Assembly: GCF_009834535.1 (NCBI RefSeq)
Contig: NC_045696.1
Location: forward strand, 81,842,001 to 81,906,000
DNA length: 64,000 nucleotides
Source: Camelus ferus
Lineage: Eukaryota
Direction of reading: 5' to 3'
Below, one piece after another: positions 1-12,814 of the stretch. Position 1 is the first letter of the stretch. Each line of letters begins with the position of its first letter. The position numbers and the translations under genes were made by a program. Under the pieces are notes generated by a model. The model made no database searches. It worked only from the letters and a program-made list of their open reading frames with translations, and had not been told where the DNA came from.

Positions 1-2400
1 TACTTTAGAGTTAGATACTAAAATATTTACAGATGAAACAGGATGCAAGGGATTTATTTCAAAATGAGCTAAAGAGAAAGGGGCAGGGGAGGGGGCGAGT
101 GATGAGTAGAGGGCCTTCTTTATTCAAGTCTCTCCACCTCTGTAAGTTTTGAATTCTTCAAAAGTAAATTCAAGAAAAATTGTTTCTGATCAGTCTCTAC
201 CTCACAGCCACCCCTGGTAGATGGGAGAAATAACAGCTGGAAGTACCCTGGATTAGGACATGGAGGGACCCAGAAGGGTTTTAACTGCAGCTGTGGAAAA
301 TTCTGTATTTTGTCCTGTGCCCCAAGTTTCCTGCCTGTGTAATGCATATAATCATAACCTCCCCCAACACACACACACACCATTCCCAAACAGGCTAGGA
401 GGAGTCTAAACAAAATAACATTTGTAGAACATTTTGGGAGAAAGGTACGACATAATGATGTGATGCATCATCCTAGGACCTCAGCACCAGAAGCGCTGGG
501 TGAAGTCTAGTTCAGATGATTCAGGATTCCCAGAATCCCCACAGATTTTTCAGAAACTACCTCATGCTAGTTCTCTAAGCCAACTGAAAAAAGTAGCAGA
601 AACAAAACACCCTGCTTCTACACAGCAGGCTTTTAGCGGCTCTGTTTACTCCTCTGACACAAAGCCCTTGTTGATGTGTGACAGATGGTAATACATGTTT
701 GTCTCTCTTCTCTCTCTCTCCTCTGCTTCCCTCCCTCCCTTCATTTGTTCCCCTGTTTCTTTGTCCCCTTCCATTTTTCCTTGTCTCCAATTCTTCTCTA
801 CCACACACCACTTTCCTGAGTTGACTCAAAGGCCAGCAAGAGGGATGAAGGCAGACAGGATGTCAAGACCCAGGAGCTGCGTTTGTCTGGCCAGCGACCC
901 GTTCTGTCGGGCTGCAGGCACACAGTTCCTCCTTGGCTCATAGCACTCATATTTGAAATGCATTTTTGAAGACAGAATAACACACCTTTGAAACTGTAGG
1001 GGGCTCAGAGCAAACATTAAAACGCCCATAAATATTTATGTGGCAGTTTTCCATGGACTGCTTTCCCAAAGTAATCACAGTCGACACATTTGTGCACAGA
1101 CACATATACACACATACACACACACACACATACTCGTGTTCCTTTCAGGCCCAGCCACTCCAAAAATAAGACCTAACCTCATACTGAATATTTACTGCAC
1201 TAGGCACAGTTCATGGCCCAGCCGGGGCGGGGGCGCGGTGGAGGGTTGGATGTGCTAGAGCCTTTCCTCTGTCCACACGGAATGCTGGGGTTGCCCTTCT
1301 CAGAGCCACTCAAGTGACTTAGTCTTTCCCAGCTTCCATTTCTTCTTCTGTAAAATGAAGGTAGTCAGATAGATAAATGACAGAGGCTCTTTTCCAGCTC
1401 TAAATAGCAATTATTTTATGCATAATCACACCAAAGGCTCTCAGAGAATTCCCATAAATCAATCTACCTGATACCCCAATACCTGGTCGGGGCAGAGGAA
1501 GGTTTGTCAGAACAGACGTCAAAGCAGTGCTTGAATGATGACCTGTGTAGTACAGAGGAGAGAAGTTAGGGACAAGGGGGAAAGAAGAAAATGGTATTAA
1601 GCTTAGTAGGGAAGTAAGTCTTATAAATAGGGTCTGAGAAGGAGATCAAAGAGGAAAGAATTGATATAATAGATACCAAGCAGGAAGAGAAGGCAAGCTT
1701 TGGCACCTGCCTGGATGTCTAGGAGAAAAGCCAGCAAGAAAGAAAACCTGGGCAAATGGAGGTGTGTGCCTGATGATAAACTTGGTCTTCTGAAATTTAT
1801 TCTCAGATCTCAAATGTGCTTCCAACAGAGACGTTCTCCAAGAAGCAGCATACTGGACCTTTTAGAAGAGACCTTAATTTGGTGCCTTGTTCTATACAAG
1901 GATAATAACTATGCGCTGTGGCCACTCCCCACCCCCAGACAAGAAAGAGTAGATCTATAGTCAGAAAAATGAAGTTGCTATTTGAGAAGTAATAGCTACA
2001 TCTGCAAATGATTAACTCCAGGATTTACTACCAATTAGAACTATAAATCTCTGCTTACTTTGGCTCCTGGAAAGTTGATTTCACAGGGGGAAGGGGGAGG
2101 GGAGAGAGTCATTTGAGACAAGGAGGGAGAAATCCAAGCTTAAAAAGACACACTTCACATTCAAAAGGGAGCAGGATCCCTCAAGCACCAGAGCAGAAAG
2201 CAAGCTTCACCTTGTGGTTCTAAGCGAACAGCCCGGCAGATGCCCGCAAGGTTTGCAAAGTCAAAGAGACTAGAGCCACCCAAGAGGACATCGGGGCGTG
2301 GAAGGAGGGTGCATAACCCAGGGGCCCCCAGGGGCCCGGCCACAATATGGCCAGAGTTGGCGGTAGAGCACATGCATCAAGAGCTTTAACGTTCCTGATC

Positions 2401-2580
2401 TCAGGGATTCTCAGCCTTGGCTGACCACTGTAGTCATCTGCGAAGCTTTAAAAATGCCTATGTTTGGGTCACACTGCAGAGTAATTAAATCAGACTCTCC
2501 AGGCAGGAGGCTCAGGTATCAGGATTGTTCCAAAACTTCCCAGGTGACCTTCCAGGTGCAGCTAGGTTGAGAACCACTGC
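2401..2580. mobile_element. MER5-like hAT-Charlie non-autonomous DNA transposon
   Basis: Termini cagggattctcagcc ... ggttgagaaccactg with internal aaatcagactctcc, typical of MER5A (recalled consensus). Confidence 0.6.
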
Positions 2581-3727
2581 TTATCTCATTTCCTCCTCAC
2601 AGCAAACCCATGGTATAGGTACAATACTCTCATGGTTTCATAGAAGAGAAAGCTGAGGCACAAAGAGGCTCAGTAGCTGGTCCAGGGTTACACAGCTCAT
2701 AGTGGTGGAGGCAGGATTTAAACCCAGAGCTCACTCTTAACCCTCATGTCTCCTGGCCTCCAAGGCTACGGTTCTGTGTTCGAGGCCCTGAGTTCTCAGT
2801 GTTCCAGGCCCTGAGCCTTCATGGGCTTTTCAAGGTAGAAAATGGGGTCTCAAACTATTCTCATTTTTTTCCTAAAAATTCTAATAGAAATGGAATATTG
2901 GTCTACATTAATGCGATATATTTAACTAGGCAGGCAGGTTTCTTTCCTTTGTTGGGAATGACATCAAAACAAGGCGGCTGCACTGGACTTTTCATGCTCA
3001 TCAGGAGTTCTCATTCATTCATTCAACAAACGTTAAGTGCCAATTTTCTGCAGTCTATAAGACAGAATCACACACTAGATGTTCTAAGGGCCATAACAGT
3101 AACATGCACTAGACACTCTGAAAGTCCACAAAAGAAAGTGGACAGCTCTGAACAGCAGTTATGTATTATGCCACTGGTAAGTGAAAAATGGCAAAGTAAA
3201 TTGTAGGGCAATATATGCATGTTGCTAAGTGGTGAAATAAAAGATGGAGTCCCTAAGTAGAGGTGTGGGATAATAAAATGCTATGAGAAGGTTGGGAATA
3301 CACTGTCAGTGACCCATAACTATTTAACCCAGTGTAGAAAATGCAAATTCCTGTCTGGCACCTACGTGAGTATAGTGAGCTGGATGTCAAATAGGAGGTG
3401 GGGACAGAAGAGACCTCAAGAGCCCATATCCTGTCTAAAGAGGCAGCCAGTTCTCACCTCCAGCCAAAAGTCTCCAGATAGGAATGTGGGTGCAGTGTTG
3501 TCAGACCTTCTGACTTTTTTAGGGGAAGCTGTAAATATGGGTTGCTTAACGCAAGATCTCCCAATTTTTAAATGGCATCTAATTTGAGTCTTTTCAAAAC
3601 ACTGTAGACCAAAGAAAACACATCCACCACCAGCTCTGCATTCACCATCAAGAGTGATCTCCCTGCTTGTCCCATGGATCCCAAAGCAACTGCTTATTCA
3701 CCTGTGCCTCCCCCTCCCTCGCTGCAG

Positions 3728-4050
3728 GTATGCTCATTTATTTTGGATACGGCATCTGGAACAGCACCCTGGAAATCAGCGCCCGAGAAGCAGCCCTGCA
3801 CCAAAGCACGTACCAGCGCTACGACGTGGACGACCCCTTCTCGGTGGAGGAGGGTTTCTCCTACGCCACAGAGGGCGAGAGCCAGGAGAACTGGGGCGGG
3901 CCAGCGGAAGACAAAGGCTTCTATTACCAGCAAATGTCAGATGCGCAGGCAAACACCCGGACAAGTAGCAAAGCGAAGAGCAAAAGCAAACACAAACAGA
4001 ACTCAGAGGCCCTGATTGCAAACGATGAGTTAGATTACTCTCCAGAGTAG
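3728..4050 (+). CDS. SLC7A14: SLC7A14 (cationic amino acid transporter family) terminal coding exon
   Basis: Pyrimidine tract plus CAG acceptor (AG 3726-3727), phase 1. Translates (G)MLIYFGYGIWNSTLEISARE...KHKQNSEALIANDELDYSPE-TAG (4048-4050), the recognisable SLC7A14 C-terminus. Upstream exons lie outside the window. Confidence 0.96.
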
Positions 4051-6309
4051 GAGTGAACATGCAAGAAATGTGTAGAAATGATGGTGATTTATTTTTAGTA
4101 ACTTAACCTGGGGCTAGAAGGTGGAAACTTCTTGGGCTCTCATTTCAAAAATCCAGCCTTCCCCAAAGTTGGTCCCCAGTCATAGCCTGTCATTTGCCAC
4201 CTCTGCTCTTCAGGATAGCTCTGTCGAAGGGTTTAACCAGGGTCCCGTACTGGTCCCCTTGTTAAAAAAAAATTAAACAAGAAGCTACAAGAAATTCTAT
4301 CTTAGGTGCAACCATCAGAGCTGATGGCAGCAAATGTTTCCCAGGCCTTTGCTTTGCTGGTTGAATCTTTTTGATTTCTTACTATGACCCCAAGAAGCAG
4401 GGTCTTGGGCCACACTGAGGCTGCAGCTCCTCCTGGAGATGTGCCGAAGCAGGTGGGGGGGTGGGCACAAGGCAGCATTTCAACCACCTGAGACCATGAG
4501 GGCACAGCTCTATTCTCAGCATGCTAGGCTGAGAGTCATTCCCCAAAGTCAGGTGGCATTTGGCACTTCCTCAGCTCAGCAGGCAACATTTTGTCCTGAA
4601 ATCTCACAAAAACAAATTCAATGAGATGCATACTTCTTTTTATGCGCCAAGGTTCTCACAGGTCTCCAAACCAGAACTTTAGGATGTAGCAAAGGTCAGG
4701 GACTCTGAGACCAGGACCCTAAAGATTTCAGACTCACTGTAAAGCAGTCATGCAGACCCAATAATATGGTAAGAAGCACCATCAAAGCTCTACCTAAATG
4801 CCCAGAAAAAAACTAAATAACCATCTCTTACAGTGAAGACCAGAAGGGCACTGGCAGAAATTAACGCTCTGTCATGCCTTCTCTTATCCCAGATTCTAAG
4901 CTCCTGCTGATACGATGAAGAGGGCAAAGTGGGAGCACGATTTCATGGCACTAATATGCCTTGAAGAAGTAGGCTGTTTGTTCTATGATCAGATAAAAAA
5001 TTTTACAAGGAGAAGTGACCCAGCCACTGAGATCACATTGCAAATTCTATTGCAGATTTCTAAAATTATACATTCTGTATTTTTTTTGAGATAAAGCAAC
5101 CACTTGATAGGTGGGTGCTACTCTGAAAACAAAACTGTTGAAGCACAGCTACTTAGGTAATTGCATTCCATGAGATCGCATTTCACTTCTGAACTTTGTT
5201 TCCCTGGAGTAGCTCTCTATTAGACATGTATCTTTCCTACTATTTCCCAGAGCAGTTTCACTGAAATCCAGAGAAAAATCTACCTGGTAAGGTCTAAATT
5301 TGGGCCAAATACCTACACGTATTTTCTCAGAAACAAGTCAGAAGAGAAAATCTGCAACAAGAAAAAACATATGGTCTGTGCATTATAGTCTTCGGTTACA
5401 GGGATTCCAACACTGCCCTGAGATGTGTACGCATGTATGTGAAGGAACAATTTGGATCAAGCTAAAATATTTATAAGAATTTCCTAAAAGGGGATCAAAA
5501 TAGCAGAATCTTTGCTCTCTCTGTCTACTGGATCTAGCATTATCCGAAAAATTTTCCAGGAGATCAACTAATGTTTAAGTCTATTCTTTCTTAAAGGTTG
5601 AAGTTTGTACCATCTTGGCATGCTTTGGAATTATAGAGGAGGCAAACTTTTTTTTATGAAACTAACACTGATCAAGAATGTACCAAGTCCTAAGTGATGG
5701 GAATAAAAAGAAATGTAACATTTAAACCCTGGAGGCTCACAGCCCCACAATGTTGAATGTAGATAAAACAACCAAGCCTTCCACTGTATCAGCTGTTAAG
5801 AACTCTGGTTTCCTGAGGTCATTTTGTCATTTTAATGTAATGCTTGGCAATGGCGTATTTTCTCTTCCCTAAACTTAACCATAAAGATACAGCGCCTGGT
5901 GTGTGAAATATATTCTTGGGGACTGAATTAGTTATCAGCAATTTTTGTAAAAACAAAGTTCTGAACTGGTCTTAGGACTCTACAAATCTGCCTAGTTTAA
6001 ATACAATCTGTTAAACTTGAGATACATTCAGATAGATGGGGTGGGGCTACATTCATTAAAAGTGTTCAAAGGGAAAGATGAATGCAAAATAACAAAATCT
6101 TAACGTGAGTGAAAGAGCTTCCTTTCACTAGTGAGGTGCAGGTATTAGAGTAACAATTGTCTGGTGGGAGAGGTATGCGGTTTCTGTAGCCCAAGAAGAG
6201 AGAACACATGCTTTGGTTAACCCTACTGGTATTAATTTCATGAAGATCCTCTCTACTAACTACTCTCATTTTTGGAGTCATTTCTCTCAAATAGCATCTC
6301 TATATTTTT

Positions 6310-6456
6310 AAAATAACTTAGTTTTATTTTATTTTATTTTTGGAAGGGAGGTAATTAGGTTTACTTATTTATTTTTTTCAGAGGAGGTACTGGAATTGAA
6401 CCCAGGACCTCATGCAAGTTAAGCATGCGCTCTATCATTTGAGCTATGTACTCCCC
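6310..6456 (-). mobile_element. tRNA-Ala-derived camelid-type SINE (Vic-1-like) in the SLC7A14 3'UTR
   Basis: Reverse complement reads GGGGAG..TAGCTCAAATGATAGAGCGCATGCTTAACTTGCATGAGGTCCTGGGTTCAATTCCAGTACCTCC plus an A-rich tail. TSD agcatctctatatttt at ~6293 and ~6457. Confidence 0.85.
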
Positions 6457-8699
6457 AGCATCTCTATATTTTTTAAGCTTTGCTCTCTTTATTGCCCTAA
6501 AGTAAATTAGTCATCTCACTCACCCAGTTTTTTAAACTCACTCAGTTTTTTAATTAGCTAATATGATAGAAAAAGTTTTTCAAGATAAATAGACATGTTT
6601 TTCCCTCACATTTATCAGCCTCTGTGAAACAGTCCCAGATTTCACAATGCAGTTTTCAAATACCATTCGTCACTAGAATGATTATATTAATGTTTCCTAA
6701 TTCATTGTCTTAAGACCACATTTGTGGGACTATGTTAAAAGAAAGATCACCCTACAATTACCTCAGAAACTTAGCCCCTTGAACAGAGTCCAAGGAAGAC
6801 CTATATTTTATTGAATTCTCTATAGCAAGGGCTCTTTCAGCGAGATTTCATCATGCAGATTTGTGGTTTGGAGCCAATAACTTGATTTTTTAAAACTGTA
6901 TTCTATTTATTAGTACTCTGTTTCATTTCAAGAGGATGTGAGGTGGCTATCAAAATACATATAATACAAAAGAATTCAGTGAGGAAACTGGGACAAATAA
7001 AAATATAAATAGAAAGGCTAAGACAAAGCTAGAAGTGTATTTAGTGTACAAATGCAGATCCCTGCTATGCATTGCTAAATTTGCCAATGAGGGGGCAACT
7101 TAAAAAATAAGGAATTGTTGGTAATGACAGCAAGAAGTATTCCTGCATGATAAAAACAAGTCGTTCCCCATGAGGGCAGAGAACTGCAATAGCATAGATC
7201 GTTGAAACCCACAGATAAGCTTCAGAGCTAGATTTTACCAACGACATGTGACTGGCATATAGAGGAAGTTCAGTAAGTATCTGATGATCAGATGGGATGC
7301 ACAGGTGGATGGATGAAAGGAAAATGAAATATTTATTTAACAATCTTTTTGTGCAGAGCTTATGTGCTGTGGCATAAGAAATAGGGGAAATAGGATACGT
7401 AAATAAAGAACAATAGTGAAAGTGACAGGCGAGCTGAGGGAGTTATCATGGTGGGGGTGGTGTTCAAATATGGAAAAGACCTCCCTCCACTGGAAAGATT
7501 ATAGAGAATGCAGCCCTTGTGTTGAGCCTTGTGGAACAGGCAGAATTTCTCCAGGTAGAAATGAGGGAGAGGCTTGCCAAGGGGAAGATTAGCATGAGTA
7601 AAATGTAGGCTGTGGCTGATAGCTGTCTTCTGACTAACAATTTGTACAGTGCCTCCTTCAAGGGAAAACAAGAAGCTCATCTGACAGGAGTGCTCATCTG
7701 ACAAAGTGATTTATATATAGAACTACAGCCAATATTGCTGAGAAAGCAGGTCAGGGCTCACGCACAAGTAGATGTGAATGTTGAAGTAAACTGGCTGGCT
7801 CTCCTTGGGTGGGGAGGCATTGAGGAAATGAAAGTATGAATCAGGGAAGGCTGGACTTTAAGCTGGGGCAGTGGCTTCATCTGCCAAAGGCAAGGAGGAA
7901 GTCAATCACATACACACTCAAAGCAGACTTAATGTATTAAAGGGGGAAAAATTGTCCATATCAAAGCAATGTATGATTCTTCCTTTGAGTCCTGTCTGAT
8001 TTCATCAATAACATACGAGAAGTATGGTCATTTAACACGTGGACAGATGACACACACTTATTCGCAGCCCCTTTAAAATTTTCAGCAGTTAGTTTAAACA
8101 ACCAAACCTAACAACAGTTTATATCTATCTGATGTAAACAGTAAAACCTCAGCTCCAAGGTTTACTCAACTTAAGTGCAAACCCATTTAAAACTAGTGAA
8201 AGGAATTGAATGACAAAATTAGGTGAAGTTCTAGTTCTTAGTAACAAACAAATACCTAACCAAATGTCCACATAACGCTCATGATGAGCCTGTTTAATAA
8301 ACAGGAAAAAAATTGTTGAATTTAATGATCCATCCTTCTCTAGAACCTGTGGATGGGTCAGGATACAAACCCACTAATTACTGGGAAACAGAATACAAAC
8401 TCCTTCAAAGAAATGTCTTTCCCTTATTCTCCTGAAAAGGGTTGATAAAGTTGTCCTCCTTTACATCCCACTTGGAAGTCCACCTTACAAAGGTAGACCT
8501 CTTCTCCGCGTTACAGAGAAGCTACAAGAGCCTGAGGATCAGCCTAAAACACTGGAGGAAATTGCTGTCCCCTTTTCCACCAGCTTTTACCAGGACCAAG
8601 ATGTCAGTGGAAGCCCACTGAGGGTCAGCCACAGGTTTACCAATTCTGTATTTCAGATTAGAACGTCTTGTTGGGTGGAGATGTCAGAAATCAGGAAAT

Positions 8700-9330
8700 G
8701 TGTCTGAAGCCACGGCTAGGGTCAACTCACCGAGTCCGGGCAGCGGTTAACAGTCCACTCCTGGGTTGCAGCCCTCGGGTCTGGGAGCACTGCCTTCATT
8801 TCTTACGCTGGCGGGGAGGGCAGAGCAAAGGAAACACATGCTCCAAATTCGCCTCATGGAACTCGCACTCCGTTTTCATGCCATTTAGAGCTCGACTTGT
8901 CAAGGAGGAGTTTCCTAGCCAGAATTTTCGCGCAGGCCCGGTTTCTCCTGCGTGCAGATGCCTCCCTGACGCGGAGGACACGCTTGTCCACAGGGCCCTC
9001 TGGGGTCCCTCAGAGAGAGCGAGGCGCCAACTGGCCCCCGTGGGGGCGCGGCCGTCCCAGAGCCAATCATTAAACAGCGCGCAGGCGCAGAAGCAGCACC
9101 CCCCCGCACCAGGCCGCCGCCCCGCGGGACCCCGGGTGGATGCTGTTTCACTCGGGCGTTTACTTTCCATTTTTCAACGGTGATGAGTAGCAAAAAGCTC
9201 CTTTCGTGTACAAAACTGGTATTCCTGTGTCTACTTCTGTTTTCACTAAGCTTTTAGAAGTGCGGCTGTTGTAATATTTTTCACCCTGAGGAGCAACCTC
9301 GTTTCCAAAACGCTTTCGTCATCTTGCCCG
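8700..9330. promoter_or_regulatory. CpG island with promoter-type motifs inside the SLC7A14 3'UTR
   Basis: Sharp local rise in GC and CpG. TTTTCGCGC (E2F-like, 8925-8933), AGCCAATCA (NF-Y, 9061-9069), CGCGCAGGCGCA (NRF1-like, 9078-9089), CCGCCC (GC box, 9117-9122). Confidence 0.6.
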
Positions 9331-10534
9331 GCTTCAGTGACTCAGGCATCGTTCTGAAATACCTAGGCACTTGCCTTTTGCCAAAACTACTTCTCTAAGA
9401 AAATGTTTGGGGTTTTCGTTTGTTTGCTTGCTTTGCTTTTGTTTTTGTTTTTTAGGATTTAAGGCCCGAAAGGGATTAGCGGAAATTGTGAAGCCCATCA
9501 AAAGTGAACGTATATTTTGTAGTATCAACTAAAATAGTATTAGAAATCATTAAACCGCATGCTTTGTGCATGGAGTTACAAAATTCACACAGGGCTTTCA
9601 CAAAGACAGCTTTGGGCTTAAAGTCTTCCGAAAGCGTGTAACTGTAATTTCCTACTGTACAAGAACACTGCGTGCATTTTGGTATAATAAGGAAAGAAAA
9701 TGGCTTTATATTAGAACTAGGAGACAGGCAGCCTGCATTTTTTTGTTAGGGACTCCCTCTGTGCTTTTTTCTTTTCTTTTCTTTTCTTTCCTGTTTTCCT
9801 GACATTGGCATTGATGACTGGCCAAAGGGAATTGTGGAAGTGCAGACTAGGAAGAACTGTGATATTCCAATATTGGGGTGAGGAGGCTGTTCCTTGCACA
9901 TCTCCTATTGATTGATCTTGACGGTTGCCGATGCTTTGTTTCCCACACTCACCTTAACACTCCGAAGGCTAGAATCTACCCTAAATCCCTCACTTTCCAA
10001 AGCAAAGGCACAGTTAATGCTCCAATGGCGCATAAATACCTCAACCGTCTGGGCTGGTAGAAGGGGCTGCAGGTCTTTTAAAGAGCAGCTACAGTCCTCA
10101 TCCCATGTAGTCACACCATCTACAACAGGACTCACGTTCTAGCTTTTCTCACTGTGGAAAGGAAACGTTACTGTTTAATTCATATCCAAAGTTATAAATA
10201 CAGCTTGTAAATTTTACTAACTTGTTTCACTTTTGTTTGGTCCTTGAGAAGTACAACTTGCTTTTTGCAGATGGTAATTTCTGGTGGTGTTCTCTGCTTT
10301 TTTTTTTTTTTTTTTTTTTCCTGGTATGAACTTGCTGTATTTGTTAAAGTTTGTTTGTCTTGTGGTTTCTAATTCCCATTGGTGCACTGTACAATGGGGT
10401 GTGTAGTGTCATGAAGAAAGAAATAATATGCAGATATGTTATAAAGTGTGTTTTATTTTTAAATGACTGTGGTGTTGATAATATATTGATTTATCAAGAA
10501 ACTAAGGGAAAATTTACCAAAATGTGTATATTTT

Positions 10535-10540
10535 AATAAA
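10535..10540 (+). terminator. Probable SLC7A14 polyadenylation signal
   Basis: AATAAA followed by tgcataaagctttattgtgtgcc (GU-rich), at the end of a U-rich distal UTR segment. Confidence 0.65.
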
Positions 10541-11979
10541 TGCATAAAGCTTTATTGTGTGCCTTTAAATTTTAAAGTGGGTTTATAAAGCAAGTCAGAA
10601 ACAAAAGTGTCTTAATATAAAATATCCATAGTAATGTAAAGCTCTTACACAGGAAATGACCAGAAGGAAAAAAAGAAAAGGAGCTTTCCCGTATTTTGTT
10701 AACCTTAACCAGTACCTGAAGTCTGCTACTTTCTTTCCATTCTAAAATGGAGATGAATAAGTGAATCTTGCCTTAAATGTTTCAATTATCCTTTGTAGAA
10801 AAGCCAGATAAATGAGCTCATTTTTTTGAACTAACGGCATTATTGTGGAAAATTCGTTTTCAGAATAAAAATATTTTAAAAATTACAGCTAATGGACTAT
10901 TAAAATTTAAACTTGAAGAAAGTCAGTGCCATCTTACCTTTTTAAATTCACTTTATGTCCATGAAGAAACTGAAAGTTCCATTTTAACAGACTCTTGGGA
11001 GACCAGGAAGTGGTTCTATCTCCCTCTCACTGTTTTCCTTCTAACGAGGTACAGGACTCTACCTGGAACCCTGCTGACTACACTGCCTTGTGAAATTACC
11101 CCATCCCAGTACAGACACCTAGTCACAGCCACACACCGCTTCACCCTCAGCACCACAGAAAATTCAACTCATTGCCTGCATTCATTTTATGGACAAGTGG
11201 CAGGAAATTACCTGCCTGTAGTCTCAAACCCAATTAATGACAGTAGCATTAATTTATTTTACTTTTTGAAGGCACCTGGAGAAAAGGCAGAGGGGCATAT
11301 CAGCGTTACATATTTTCCACACCAAGTGAAATGCGAAGAACCTGCCATGTCTTTATTTCCTACAACTCCTCGATCTCCTTTGCAAAGGTCCACCCACATG
11401 AGTAGCAAGGGAGAGAAAAACAAACTTTGAATGTGTTCATTTGTGGAATCACAGTTGTCTTCCAGTTTGGTCTCTTTTTAGGTGATCAGATCTCTTTGGG
11501 ATAAATCCTCTGTCTTTGGGATTTCCTCCCCTCCCCCTTGCTTCTCTCCAAAATGGCATCTGGGAACAGAACCTATATGAGCTCCTGCTGGGGAGGGGGG
11601 CCTGCCCATGAAAACCAGGGTGCTCTGGACTCTTAATGGATACTGCTGCAGAATGGCCACTGGATGGCTCCATGGACAGGTGACCACTGAAGAAGGTTGT
11701 GCCCATGGTGACATTCACTTCCAAAGGCCATAGGCCTGGCTTTTAACTCAAGAAGAATTCCTTTTAACTCCATCAAGAATTCCTTGATGCTTCCCATATG
11801 GACTCCAGGCCTTGCTGGTCCACTTGAGGCCTCAGCACTTCTACATCAGAACCCACTGCATCCCTCCCACCCCAGGGCCTGGGGAACCAGGAGCACCACC
11901 TGGGGCCCAAGAATCAGCCACCAGGAGCCTCACTAATGAGGCACTCTCATCACTGGGCTCTGCTCACTGAGGCTTACTG

Positions 11980-12403
11980 CCGGTGGTGTGCGGCAGCCAG
12001 CTCATGAGAATGGTTGTCAGCTTTTCATGACTTTTGGGAGTCAGCTGCTGAACACAACCATTATTAAAACTTAACTTCTATAAACTTAACTTCTTAAACT
12101 TAGTTATATTGGAAACAAAGGTAATGAATACTCAGAAGTAACTATTTTACTACCTGTAACTGTTGTCTCTGCTCCTGAGGTTATTTACCACTGTTACATC
12201 TGTCTGGGGAAATGCTACGTGATCATGTGCTATGACACATCTCTTCCCAACTCCATGTTCAGTGAGTTTGCATTGGTAGCTTGAAATCAGTCATGGTGGG
12301 AGTATTTACACCATGCGAATTGCAAAATGCTGCAAAATAAGAGTTGGTTGGTTGTTTTTTATCCCAGAGAGCTGTCTGTTAAACATTTATAAGCACACCA
12401 CGG
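11980..12403. mobile_element. MER63-like hAT-Blackjack DNA transposon
   Basis: Inverted termini ccggtggtgtgc ... gcacaccacgg, with subterminal tgttaaacatttat. Confidence 0.6.
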
Positions 12404-12814
12404 CTTATATCCTTTCCGGCTAAGTATAACCATAACCCAATATTTCGTGTTCTCACTCTTATCACATCCTCACCCACGGAGGGTGTAGGGGTAACCTGGA
12501 CAAGTACTTTTCCCTCTCCCTCTTACCTCTGTTCCCCCTCTCCCCGCCATCCAGCAGGACCAGCATGGGCTGACTTTCCACTCTTCTTTCAGTCTAACAA
12601 GGATTCCCTTACATATTATCTTCCTTCCTGGGGGCAGTAAGCCTTTTAATTTAATCTTACTGGTAGGAGGGTTGCCCATTTGCCTGTTTACGAACAGTCT
12701 CCAAGAAGAGTCACAGGACAACATGGAACTGGCAATTATCAGGATCAAAAATAATTGGATTACTATTCCAAAATACAACCTCATCACATGGGTCTTGAAG
12801 TTAAAAAGTTGTTT

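Larger units (their letters stand above)
4051..10560 (+). other. SLC7A14: SLC7A14 long 3'UTR (~6.5 kb, end inferred)
   Basis: Runs from the stop codon to AATAAA at 10535-10540, which has upstream UGUA motifs and a downstream U/GU-rich tract. Mammalian SLC7A14 is known to have a very long last exon. Confidence 0.65.

Noticed and set aside
8668..9193. Overlapping 92-171 aa ORFs on both strands
   Set aside because: Expected from stop-codon depletion in a GC-rich island, with no recognisable protein similarity.
9180..9290. Possible C/D-box snoRNA (gtgatga ... ctga)
   Set aside because: No terminal stem, not intronic, and no recognisable rRNA antisense element.
10843..11430. 195-aa ORF downstream of SLC7A14
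   Set aside because: Non-ATG start, no recognisable domain and no supporting exon structure. Likely a chance ORF.
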